A stretch of 64,000 bases of DNA from Guillardia theta CCMP2712 (taxonomy: Eukaryota > Protista > Cryptophyta). Position 1 is the first letter of the stretch. Each line of letters begins with the position of its first letter. The notes beneath the pieces were generated by a model. It saw only the letters and a program-made list of their open reading frames with translations, was not told the DNA's origin and did no database searches. The stretch spans positions 331,298 to 395,297 of the forward strand of contig NW_005434636.1 in the NCBI RefSeq assembly GCF_000315625.1, given 5' to 3'. Of this stretch, positions 25,263 through 36,600 are shown piece by piece. The position numbers and the translations under genes were made by a program.

Positions 25263-26663
25263 ATGCTGAGTGATACCAAATTCTTCTTGCCGGTTCAGAC
25301 CATATCGGACTGGTGTACATTAGAAGATGATACATATGAGTCGTCCAGCGCACCGTTATGGACTGAGGAATGGGCCATGAAGTTGCCACCGCAAAATGCT
25401 ATGGTCATAACTTCCGCTGACAAGCCTTACCCGGTGATTTATGCGAATAAGAAGTGGAGCGAGTACACTGGATATCCCTTGAAAGAGATACGGGGAAAGT
25501 CTCTCAGCATTCTTCAAGGACGGAAGACATGTCAGAGCCGAATCAGACTCTTGTCGGAAGCATTAGAACAACGCAAGCCTGTTGAAGTATCTGTAGTCAA
25601 TTACAAGCGGGATGGCAAGGCATTTCTGAATCATCTGACAATACTTCCCCTTTGGTCCGAGGAACTTGGGAGGATCTCATCGTTTCTTGGAATCATGAAG
25701 CCTGAAGATTATACGGAAACGTTCAGATTTCGAGAGCATAAATTCAGGCCAAGAGAATTTTTAGAACAGAACACAACAAAACATCTGATCCAAGATAAGG
25801 AAATCTTTCGTGCAGCAGAAGTAGGAGATCTCACTAAGCTTGTACATCTGGACAACAAATCCATGGCTCTCCGGAACAGACAAGGACAATCTGTTCTTCA
25901 TAGAGCAGCCATCTTTGGAAGAAAGAGCGTCATTCACCTCCTTTTGGGAAACAACCTTGTTACCAAAATGGCCTTGAACGTGGAAGACAACCAAGGATTG
26001 AAACCGTTGGACTATGCCCTCGCACATGGGCACGATGAAATCGCGGAGATGTTGAGAGCGCATGATCGCAATCTGCTCTTGAGCTCGCCCAAGGAGTATG
26101 ACACCATATCCAATGCCTCCTCCCCTTCGGAAGAATCGTCAATCCAAGACAGAGACGAGAGCGAGGCTCTGGCAGCAAGCCCGGTCCAAGCGCAAGACAA
26201 GAGCCTCATCTGGAGAAACAGAATGAGTGCCGCAGATTCAAACGGATGTATTTTTCAACGTAGCAGGAGCGATGATGCGCTACTATCGAGATCGCATGAT
26301 CCCCCCATCATATGTCAACGCGTACCCGGGAGTTCACTGAGAGATCGCATTCGAGCAAGACGGGCTACGATTCAGAGCATTTCAATCCTGGAATCTTTGA
26401 ATCCGGGAGAATTCAAACTTGAGTCAAACGAAAACAAGAGTGGTTCCGGAGTACAAGAGAGCAAGTTTCTAACGAGATTGCGACCATTGCGAGAGAAAAG
26501 AAACTCTTTTCACTATGACTTCGGAAGGGCTGCATCGGATGAGACTCCTCAAAAGACTTCAAACCTGAGGTCGATGTTTACAAGGGCTCGGAGCGAAAGT
26601 CCCACGTCTACCCTGAGAGATATGGCAAGTCACATTGCACGAAGAATTGCTGTTGTAACATAA
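25263..26663 (+). CDS. Single-exon LOV-like PAS domain + ankyrin repeat protein
   Basis: PAS/LOV: AMVITSADKPYPVIYANKKWSEYTGY..KEIRGKSLSILQG...VVNYKRDGKAFLNHLTILP...FLGI. Ankyrin: GQSVLHRAAIFGRKSVIHLLL and GLKPLDYALAHGHDEIAEML. Confidence 0.88.
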   Translation: MLSDTKFFLPVQTISDWCTLEDDTYESSSAPLWTEEWAMKLPPQNAMVITSADKPYPVIYANKKWSEYTGYPLKEIRGKSLSILQGRKTCQSRIRLLSEALEQRKPVEVSVVNYKRDGKAFLNHLTILPLWSEELGRISSFLGIMKPEDYTETFRFREHKFRPREFLEQNTTKHLIQDKEIFRAAEVGDLTKLVHLDNKSMALRNRQGQSVLHRAAIFGRKSVIHLLLGNNLVTKMALNVEDNQGLKPLDYALAHGHDEIAEMLRAHDRNLLLSSPKEYDTISNASSPSEESSIQDRDESEALAASPVQAQDKSLIWRNRMSAADSNGCIFQRSRSDDALLSRSHDPPIICQRVPGSSLRDRIRARRATIQSISILESLNPGEFKLESNENKSGSGVQESKFLTRLRPLREKRNSFHYDFGRAASDETPQKTSNLRSMFTRARSESPTSTLRDMASHIARRIAVVT

Positions 26664-26751
26664 CTGGATGTAAGAATAATGTAATTTCTTTCTTTAATTA
26701 AACTTTCAAAGCTTCATTGTCTCGTTTGCAGGCCTGCAGTTTCATGGTCAA

Positions 26752-29700
26752 CTATTTCTGCAGATTCATTGAATCTTTCCGAGGCCAAGACCTCACATCA
26801 AGTAGATCTTGATCCTGCGGCGAGTAAGAACAAACGACAAGGATCAAACACACGCTTGCCTCAGGACTGACGACCGCATGTTCAGCTCCCCACGACCCTC
26901 GTTTGAGCACCACCTGGAAGTCTTTCGAGGGTGACGAGGAGTTGGCGGATTCCTGGAATCGTCTGAACCGAAAGCTCACCAACGAGCCTCTCTGACCGCA
27001 CACACTTTCACGAATGGCTGGGAACGGCAGGTCATCCACGTTCTGACCGTTGACCTGCAAGAGCTCGTCGCCTTTCTGAATCACATTTGAATTGCTCGCC
27101 GACATTCCCAGGATCATGGACTCAACGGTAACTCTTCTTTCTTGCCTGCCATCAGCTAGGTGAAAGATATCTTCTTTCAGCTCCAGACCAACTCCCACGG
27201 GGTTGGGAAGGGCATTAATTCTCCTTATCTCGTCCTTGAGGACGTCTCTTTCCTCTTCAACTCTCTTCACCAACTGAAGCAACTCCTTCTTCTCTGCTGT
27301 CAGCGAGGCGATCACCTTCCCTTCCTTCTCCGACAGTTTGCTCAGGAATGTCTCGTACATTGTGATCATGAACGACGACAGTTGGACAGACTTGTCTTGT
27401 ATCTCTTGGAGATATCGGATCTGACTCAAATATTCCTGATTTCTGTTTTGCAATCTGCCGATTTCAAGTCTGAATTCAGAGTTTTCCCTCGAGATGTCTC
27501 TTGTCCTCCCGAGCTCCTCTTTGAGACTTTGGAGCTTCCTCTCTAAGTCGCTCTTCAATGCAACCTTGCATGTGTTAGAGTTCAAAGATATCTCAAAGAG
27601 CAGGATACCTCTCGATCGAGCTCATTCTTCAAAACGGTGTTCAATGATTTCTCCTCGTGGTACTTCTCCAAAGTTTCCTGATGGAACGACTTGAGCGTTG
27701 TCAATTCCCTTTCAGACTCTTTGGATTCCATTTTCACTTTTGTAGACATCTCCAGCAGTTCTGCTGTCTGCTTCTCAAACCTTCCGTTGATCACCTTGAT
27801 CTGCTCGAGCTCTTGTTTCACTGCATCTCTTTGTAATTCTGTTGCAATGAGCTTTTCATCCAAACTCTTGAGAGTCGCAGTCACATCTTCCTTTTCTCTC
27901 TTGAGTGCAGCAGCCTCTTCTGTCCGATACTTGAGGTCTGAAACTAACTTGGCGCACTTGGCCTCCTCCTCCTCCATGCATGTCTGAAGCCTGCTGTTGT
28001 TTCTCACCATCTCTTGAAGCCTCTGCCTCATATTCTTCAGCTCTTCTTCTCGCTTTTCACTCTGGTTTTCCATCTCTTCTCTTAACTCCTTCATCTGCGT
28101 CTCAGCCATTTTCAGCTTGTTGGCGGCAGTTTTCCGTTCCAACTCGAATTCTGCCTTCAAATTCTTATTCGCTTTCAACAATGCTGTATGCTTGGAACAC
28201 AGATCTGTTGCTGCCGCGACGAGAGAGTTCTCTGAAGCAGTAAGTTCTTGAACCATCTGCTCAGCGCTAACAATGAACTTGGCCTCTTGACTCAACAAGC
28301 TTGTCAGATCTGTAGTTTGGATACTGGAGCGAATCAATTGTTCCTTGAGCTCGTTAAACTTCTGGTTCATGCCTTGTTCCCGCAAAGCACTCTCTCCCGC
28401 GATAGAGCTCGTTGTCTTGAGCTTTGATTCCAACCGCAAGATCTTCCAAAGGTTCAGAAGGCAGCAATACCAACAGGAAAGTCACCTGCTGCTTGTAAGC
28501 CTGGTTTTCCTCTCGCACCTCATCCATCTCCATAGCATACAGACGCTGTTCTTCTTCCAGCTTGGCCTTGAGCTGAAAGTTTTGATCACACCACAGCAAC
28601 CAAGAGCACGTGAGAGAGTTCACCCTATCAACCTCTTTCACGAGGCATGCATGTTCGTGGAGCGAGCTGTCCTTCTGATGGATGATGTCTTGGAGGTCGT
28701 GCAGATCCTTCTGCAAGCTAAATCTATCTCAATCATCAGGAGGAGTGTGAATGCGATACCTTTCTATCTCATCTTCTACTCGTTGTTTCGTTTCAAGATC
28801 CCCCTCTAGCTTCTTGATGACCTCGTTCTGCGCGATCGATCTCATCGGTACAAGGTGTTGACTAGCGCCCACCTACCTTCTCCCTCAAGATGCTCTCTGT
28901 TTCCTTTCTTTTGTCCATTTCTTTCATCAGCTGTTCCATCATCAACAGAAATTTGCAGAGTTTTGAGCATAAACTACCATATTACGCGTCATGATCTCTC
29001 TTTCTTCAGCAAGTTGACACATTTCTTCCGCGTTAATCTTCACTTTGTCGGCGAGGTTTGCTCTCTCCGTCATCTCTCTTGCCATTTGCTCCTAAGATTC
29101 AGGTCGTGACGATTCTCTCTCATCCAATATTCCTTTACCGCCAACTTAAAGTGATGGGCAATGTCCGAGAGCTTCTTGAGCAGACTATCAAAGCTGTCAT
29201 CGTAGAACTTTTTCTCTTGGTCGTAGATTGAAGCTTTGAGCTCTGCATTCTTGCGTCTGTTTTCTTCTTCCATCTTTTCTGATTTCAAATTATCAATTGT
29301 CTTCTCGAGAGAGATAATCTGCAACATCATTGTACAGTCACCTTGACTTTGAGACCCAAACACGAGCTGAGGTAAAGATTTACCTTAGAATGCAAGATAT
29401 CAAGGTCGTTTGACCTCTGATGGTTTTCACTGATCGGACTATTGAAGGTCTTCTGCTTCAAGAATTGCTGACTCTCTTTTCTCGGGCTCCAGCTTTCCAT
29501 TGACTCTCTTCTTATCACAACAGTTCCTGCTTGCAGTTCAGACCCTCGTCCTCTTGTGAACAGCTGACTTACTTTGTTGCCCATCGTTTGATCTCAAAAC
29601 AAGTTCCACCGGAGATTCATTTCTTCTTATCAAGATGTCTCGAAGTGCCCTCAGATCTAAATTTCTGCATTGATGGTGAGATGCTTGTCCAACGACCCCA

Positions 29701-30082
29701 TGCACACACCTGCAGTTGTAACCATCCGCAAACATCAAGATGTCGTTCAGAAACACATTGCCACATCTCTCGGCAGGTCCGTTCGGAAAGATCTCAGTGA
29801 CCTACACATACTTACAACCTTCATCTGCTTCCCCTTCGCCTCCTCCATATCCTCCTCTCCTCTCTGTACCGTTGGCCATGTCGCTCCATCCCATTGCACC
29901 TTCTCGAATGTGATTCCTATACCCGCCATTCCGGATGTGTTGCTCATGTTCGGCACTGAGATAGCGGTTCTAGAGCGCCTGGTCGGCGAGGAGGGCTGAA
30001 CATCGATCTGCACCTGCTTCACTCCATTCTTGATCGGGGTTGACATCGCCGACGTCCTCCGCGGCGACTCCATCGACGCCAT
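26752..30082 (-). CDS. PDZ - long coiled coil - PDZ protein, multi-exon
   Basis: N-terminal PDZ: AGIGITFEK|...IFPNGPAERCGNVFLNDILMFADG. Heptad-rich middle ORFs. C-terminal PDZ: VGVGLEL...GMSASNSNVIQKGDELLQVNG...GQRGSLVSFRFRR. Confidence 0.78.
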
Positions 30083-30393
30083 GGCTCGCCTTTTCCGGGG
30101 AGAGGATGTACCCTAGCCTGGCTATGTAGGGCAGTACCGGCGGTACCAGTGGCAGTACAAAGTTCCGGTACTGCCTTTCCGTCTCCTCGTACCATCTGCC
30201 GGACCGCCTCAATCAGATTTGCCTCCGATCCACCGGTACTATGGTACTGCCGCCGCTGCTACCGGCCTAGTACTTGCAGTAGTGATGACTGAAACTTCGA
30301 GTGGCCTCTCGGATCGGAGTTGAACTTGCCCGGCGTCGACTGACTGAGAGTCAGCCCGGCCTGCCGCGGGCCGGCGAACTCCTGTTCAACGGT

Positions 30394-30431
30394 TTGTCCT
30401 CGTACTCATTTTTGACTTAACCTTGAGTAAA
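30394..30431 (-). repeat. Dispersed 38-nt intergenic motif, copy 2
   Basis: The reverse complement TTTACTCAAGGTTAAGTCAAAAATGAGTACGAGGACAA matches copy 1 at 34 of 38 positions. Confidence 0.85.
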
Positions 30432-30653
30432 CATGCCACGCCGGGTCCTACTAGCCTACGGTTTGAAAGCCGCCGGGGTCGGCCCGGACTTCCGAGCCTT
30501 TCAATGCTCGGAGCCCGGGCCGGGCGCCGGGGCCGGCGGCCGCCCCCCCCCAGCATGAAAATGCACAATGCATTGAGTAAAAACTTTAGTACGGGATTCA
30601 GTTGAGTTATCCTGGAATTCAAAAAGGCGTGTCGGGATTCAATTTCACTGCCG

Positions 30654-32184
30654 TTGTTGGAGATGCAGCATAGAGGCCGATCGCCTTCCTCGTGCTTCTC
30701 CATTCAAGAGGATACAATCGAGACAGTGTCAAGCATAAGAGAGACAGGTCTACATCGAGAAGATGTCGAGGCTTCATCTTCAACATGCAAACGGAACAGA
30801 GACATTTCTTGTTTGCACGTTGCTGAAGTATGCAGTCATGTATCCTCTCATGCGAGAAGGACTTTTCAGAAGGCTCTAAATCAATGGAGGTTGCAGGGAT
30901 TCCTGCATAACAGAAACATCGTTGTCTTATTGCCAATCTTAACATCATGCTTGCTCTCTTCTTGTACCGCTAACATGATGAATGACCTGGTGACTTCAAG
31001 TCATGTTGAATGTCACGTGACGACGAGAAATGCAGCAAGAATAAGCAAACGATCGAGAATTTCTGGTTACACTCACATAAATTCACATGTACAATACCTA
31101 AAACTCCTGGAAAAGAACAAGTATTGGGAGAAACTCAATCTCAAGCCGGAACAAGGAATTTGCGAAACTAGCACATTCGTCACGAAGAAATTCGATTGCA
31201 GTAGCATTTCTCGTAGAAATTTGTTTGGCAGTGATACAGAACAGATACCTGGCACAGATCAAATTAAAATTGAATCACACACCGTCGATGGCGAGATATA
31301 CGAGGGATTTCGAAATGAAGTATTCCTTTCCACCAGACGAGCAGCCATATTTTTCGACTTCGACAAAACTTTATCTGCCGACCACATTCATGACCTGATG
31401 AAGGCGTCTCGCAAGGGATTATCAGGTATTTTTGTATGAAAGTCATCGCATTATTCTAATTCTTGGTCAGGTGTTGACGTTACAAGGGCATTTGGGGGAA
31501 TACAAAGAGTGAAAAGACTAGAAAGATTCCTTTCTGGACTTTCATCTTCCGGTGCCATCTTGCATATCCTTTCATTGGGGCATAAAGAAGAGATCATGGA
31601 GTCTTTGGTACTCTTTTACTGTGGTACTTGGAAGAAACACTTACCTGGTTCCTACAGAGAGCGGTTGGACTTGACCATATTTTCCCTTCAACGATGATCT
31701 ACGGCTGTGATGAGCTTCGTTTGAAAAGGTGATGCAAAAAAATCATCCCTCGCAACTGGAAAATCTGACTTGAGCATTACAGGTGTGCAACCAAGGCTCA
31801 ATGTGCCCTCCAAATTGCCGACAGCATGGGACTGAAGGTGAACGATTTCCACACCTGGGACGAAACTATCTCACTATGTCATATCAGGCTAGTGACGTGC
31901 TGCTTGTGGACGACGATCATGAGCAACTGGACAGTGATGAATCGTTTCAAGAGGAGAGTTCTTCGTCCTGCTGTGGAACATACTGGGTGCGATCAGGTAA
32001 AGCGCTTGCATTCATGTTGTTCATATGGCCCACCTCATTCGGTTGCCGATAGGTCAGGGACTGTCTGACAGGGACATGGCTGCTATCGGTGGAATGGTTG
32101 CTAGCAAACTTCGAGAGAAGGACCCTGTCTCTGACACTTGCCAACCTGTTCACGATCTTAATCGTGAGAGACCTTTGGGCTTAG
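30654..32184 (+). CDS. HAD-superfamily phosphatase-like protein, multi-exon; ends approximate
   Basis: Motif I AIFFDFDKTLS (DxDxT), AFGG..RV.RL..FL..L...GA.L.ILS (motif II Ser) and motif IV VLLVDDD. Confidence 0.65.
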
Positions 32185-32259
32185 TCGATGTTTGAATACT
32201 TGTTGTACAATACTATGTAAAATGTAACATGTTCGAGCTAAGGACATTTGCCACTTTCA

Positions 32260-33327
32260 TACAGCATTCCATCCACACAAGCAGTGCTCTGAAACAAACA
32301 TTACCACCTTGGGGTAACCATATTCAATACCAACGACTTACGATGTCATTCTGCCTCAACAAGGCAGTTTCATCAGCTGATGGGGCAAGAGGATCTGATT
32401 CTCCAACGATGGCAGCTGTAGCAGAGATCAACATACTTCAACTATATCATGAAGACATACCTGCAAGTTCAGACTGACTTGTTTCTAGGTTATGTGTGTT
32501 TCTCGCCTCTTCAGCCCGGTTCTCCCCATCTTCCCTTTGCCCGATCTCATCTTGAGAAGGATCAAGTAAGCCGATGATTCAAGCTACTGTGAAGCTGCTG
32601 CTCACCAACATATGCAGTGCTCCGCTTGATATCCTCCTTTAACAAGTCTCCCTCGTCATCGCGCTGGTTTGCCAACTTGTCTTCGTAGTCCACTTCATCC
32701 TGAAGCGATTGACGATGCGCTTCCCACCTAGAAGGAATAAGTTGCCTTATAGTTTGGAGCTTGCAAGGCACCTTCCAGATCGCTCCGCCATGTCCTGATC
32801 ATTCTTTGCGTCTTCCACGGTAGCAATCATATTTGCATATCTCTCAGCGTCATCATTTGATTCCTCCAGGTCGCTGATTTCTTTTTTAGTGTGCTGGTCT
32901 TCAAACTTGGAGTCCTCATCAAGGTCCTTCTCTGCTGCTAAGCTGTGCCCATCCACCTCCGTATGGAATCTGCAAAAAAGCACATAACCAAACTTGATTG
33001 CACGGAAACAGTCAAAGAAGAGACACGTACGAGAGGGGATCTTGAAACCCTTCCTGCCCTGTTGATGGGAAGCTATCCACTGCTGCCTGGGCCAACACAT
33101 TTTGAGCTCTGAGTATCTGCGATCTCAACCTGTAAGCTGCAGGCAAGCAAGAAGTGGAGCTTTACCGAAGCTTGCTTGTCATCGTCAGGACCGAAGGGAC
33201 CTCCGTTCAGCTGCTCTAGTTGCGTTCCCATCCCTCCATCCTCAAGCACGAAGATCACAAGCATTATCCCTGCCATCGCCCCTGCCACAGCCGCGACACT
33301 CGCCGCTCTCCCCCCACGACGAACCAT
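32260..33327 (-). CDS. Type-II membrane/secreted acidic coiled-coil hypothetical protein, multi-exon; 3' end approximate
   Basis: MVRRGGRAASVAAVAGAMAGIMLVIFVL is an N-terminal TM segment. D/E-rich exons follow (EKDLDEDSKFEDQHTKKEISDLEESNDDAERY). Confidence 0.55.
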
Positions 33328-33484
33328 TGCCTCTTCGCCTCTGAAAACGGAAATAACGGATAATCATTGTTACGGTTGAGTTGTAGTCCTGCCCGGCCGG
33401 CCCGGGGGCCCGGGGGCCGGCCGCCGCGGCGAGTCAGTGTCAGTGCCAGTCGGCAGGACCATGCGGCTGTCTCGACTCTCCTGA

Positions 33485-33510
33485 TTGTCCTCGTACTGAT
33501 TTTTAACTCA
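33485..33510 (-). repeat. Dispersed intergenic motif, partial copy 3
   Basis: The reverse complement contains GTTAAAAATCAGTACGAGGACAA. Confidence 0.8.
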
Positions 33511-33611
33511 AGTGACTCAAAGTCGGGGAGATGTTTGGATCGGATTGAGAGAAGACATTGAAGGGAATTTGGAGGCAGTCAAACAGTTCATTATGGTATT
33601 TAGCAGAGTAT

Positions 33612-36600
33612 TTAGCCCCTCGGCTCCTCCCCGAGCGGAGGTGTTGTACTCATCATCCTGGGCCACTCTCGCTGCACATCACCTACAGGTGTTCCTTCCC
33701 TTGGGCCCCGCCTTGTTCTTTCCCGAGTTCCCTCCGCTTCCTCAAGCGCGACTTGCTGGGCTACTCTCCCTTGCTCCTCTTTTGCTGCCTCTACGAGAGG
33801 ACGGGGAGACCTTAGCCCACGAGAAGACCTTCTCTTGGGCTTCATGGCTGGATCTGTGCCGGCCACCTCGGCCTGCTGCTGCTCCTCTTGCTCTCTAGCG
33901 CCTTGCTGAGGTTCTTCGCTGCCCTCCTGCTGCGGTTCTTGTGCTTCCTCCACGGGAGGACGGCGAGATCTGGTCCCAGAAGACCTCCTCCTGTGCCCCC
34001 TCACCTGCTCTGTCCTGCCCTCCTCCTGTTGCTGCGGCTCTATATACCCCCCGTCTACTTCAGGGAGGACAATCCTGTAAGAGCCCACTTGACGAGCAGA
34101 GCCTCTGCTGGCCAAAGTTGGTTGAGCTCCGCCTCCCTGCTCCTGCTCCGGCTCCTCCTGCAAGAAGGACGTGCTCGGCTGCTGTACCTGCTGCGGCTCC
34201 TCGCCCTCAACTGAAAGGCCCTGAAAAGAGAGGGGTGTCTCGCGAGGAGAACTTTCCTCCTTCTCCTCTTGGACCGGCGGCACATCTCCGACGGAGTGTG
34301 GCGGGAGGCATTCAGCCTGTGACTCGAGCTCTGGTTCCGACTCGCTCTCCTCCATCACCTCAGCAATTTGTTCTTCCCAGATGCGAGCAGGGTAGAGCGC
34401 GTAGTTCTGCATGGCGCTATTGATCCTCTTTTCTCCCCTCCTTGATTCCTGCGGAGCGAACAAGTGAGAGGGAGCGTTGCAGGGTCATGTACAATCACCA
34501 TTGCTGAGAGGAGGGTACGGAGTGAGGTCTTGGTGATAAAGAATCGCCAGACACGTTTGATGACATCTTCTTGCGCTACCCACAAGACGACGGGGAGAAT
34601 GAGGATGAGGAGGTTGACGACGATGATGATGGCAGACATGGTTGTCTCTTCGGTCTCGCCAGTGATAGGCTCGTTCAGACGATTCTGCATGCTGCAAGAA
34701 GACAATCAAGAAAGGGAGATGAAGAGATGGAAGGAATACCTCTGCACGTGAAGGATGATTCCATCTGCATCAAGTGTCAGACGTCAACCACAAGGAAACA
34801 AGAGATCGTTACAGAAGAGCGTCATCGTTTGTGTGAGCAGCGAAAGCTGGTAGAGGGTGTTGAGGCGACGGTTGATGAAGGGGCGGAGGTAGATGGCGAG
34901 CATGAGGGACCAGAAGGCCACCACACAACCTGCCGCCACCTGCTGGGGTGAGTCGGGGTAGATGAAGCTTACGATGCCCATCATGAGGAACCTGGAGGGC
35001 AGGATTCGTGAGTGAGGAGCGACACTGCATCGGTGACTTGACTCACTTTCGCATCATGTCGACGATCTCAAAGTACCAGAAGTCAACCTGAAGTCATGTC
35101 AGTTGCAAGAAGTTGACCCGACGCCTTGTCACCTTGTAGGCCTGGAAGATAAAACCTGCCTGATGCACAGCAACCTTCTCGACATTGACCAGATCGTCTT
35201 CGTCCACCTCCTCTTCCTCCTCCTCCACCTCCTCCGAGGCCACAGACGCTGTGGACGAGAGCTTAATAGCCTTGATCTTCATCTTGCTCTTCTTCTCAAT
35301 CAGCTCATCCTGCGTCATCCATCGGCAAGGAGGGACGGCGATCTTCCCCTGGTGCAGCAGCTGCTTGCCCAAGAGCAGCACAGCCTCCTTCAACCGGATC
35401 TCCTGCAGCCTGATAACAAGCTCCTCCAGGGGCATGGGGAACTTCGATAGCTCTTTCCTCTTCCCGTAGTAGGCGCGAGCAGCGATCAGCAGGTTTTGCT
35501 TCCTCTGCGACCTCTCCTCCTCGGCGGCCTGAGTCCACTCCTTCTCGCGCTCGATCCACTCGAAGAGACGGGCCGGTCCTCCGGGATAGCTTCTCCTCCA
35601 TCCGGGCAGGAGAACCCAGTCGTAGACGAGCGCCTTGAAGCCCGTCGGGCCGCGGGCCATGAAGTACCGGAGCCAGCTCTGCCGGAGGAAGCCTTCCTGG
35701 ATCTCTGACGTGTCGATGATGCCCTCGCCATCTTGTCCTCCGTCCTCCTCCACGTTCATGATGTCGTCTGGGATGTCGTTCAGGTTGTCAACAGCGATCT
35801 GGATGGGATCGAAATCTTCCTGCTCTGCCATGTCATCCACTTCACATGAGTCATCTGCAGCTTCCTGCATGTCCATCAGCTCCTCCTCTCTCTCGTTGTC
35901 CAGCCTCTCGCAAATGTGCCGCACCCACAGAGACTCCTGGATGCGAAGGTACAGGCTGATGAGGTTGAGTTGCTGCTCTGCCACTGCCACATTCTTGGTC
36001 GCCCTCAAAATGATCGAGCTTGTGTCACGGTTGAACATCTTGCCGACAAAACTTCCTTCCAGAGGGATCTTCTCGCAGCTCATCGAGAAGTAGCAGCAGT
36101 AGGTAGGATCTTCTTCGTCCTCGTCCTCGAACCCAATGTCTTTCTTGGACGAATTCAGTGCCATGTTCTGCTCTTCCACTTGTTTCTTCCATCGGCCTAT
36201 AACCTCCTGACCCTTGAGGAGGAGGAGCCTTGCTTCGTCGAAGAGTTCGTTGTTGATGAACAGGATGCACTTGTTCAGGTCTTGCCCATCATATCCGTGT
36301 GGCAGACGATCGTTGAAGGCGAAATCCGGACATCCTTTGATCCAGGATATGGCACCGGAGCACCACTTGATTCTCTTGATGAGCAGAGCCTTCTCGTTCT
36401 CATGGTACCCCTGCTTCCTCTCCAGCTTCTTCAGCCTCATGGATACTTCCGTCCGCCATCTCGTCAGCCCCGCGATCGTCACATCCTTCACTGCCTTCCT
36501 CGCCTTGATGAAAGTTGGCTCTGACGCCTCGGGGTCTGACTCCTTCCGCAACCATTTCTACGACATCATACCATCAGTCCCGTTCCCCGCACCCCCAGAC

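Noticed and set aside
25263-26663. Canonical blue-light receptor (phototropin/aureochrome)
   Set aside because: It has no photoactive Cys, no kinase and no bZIP domain.
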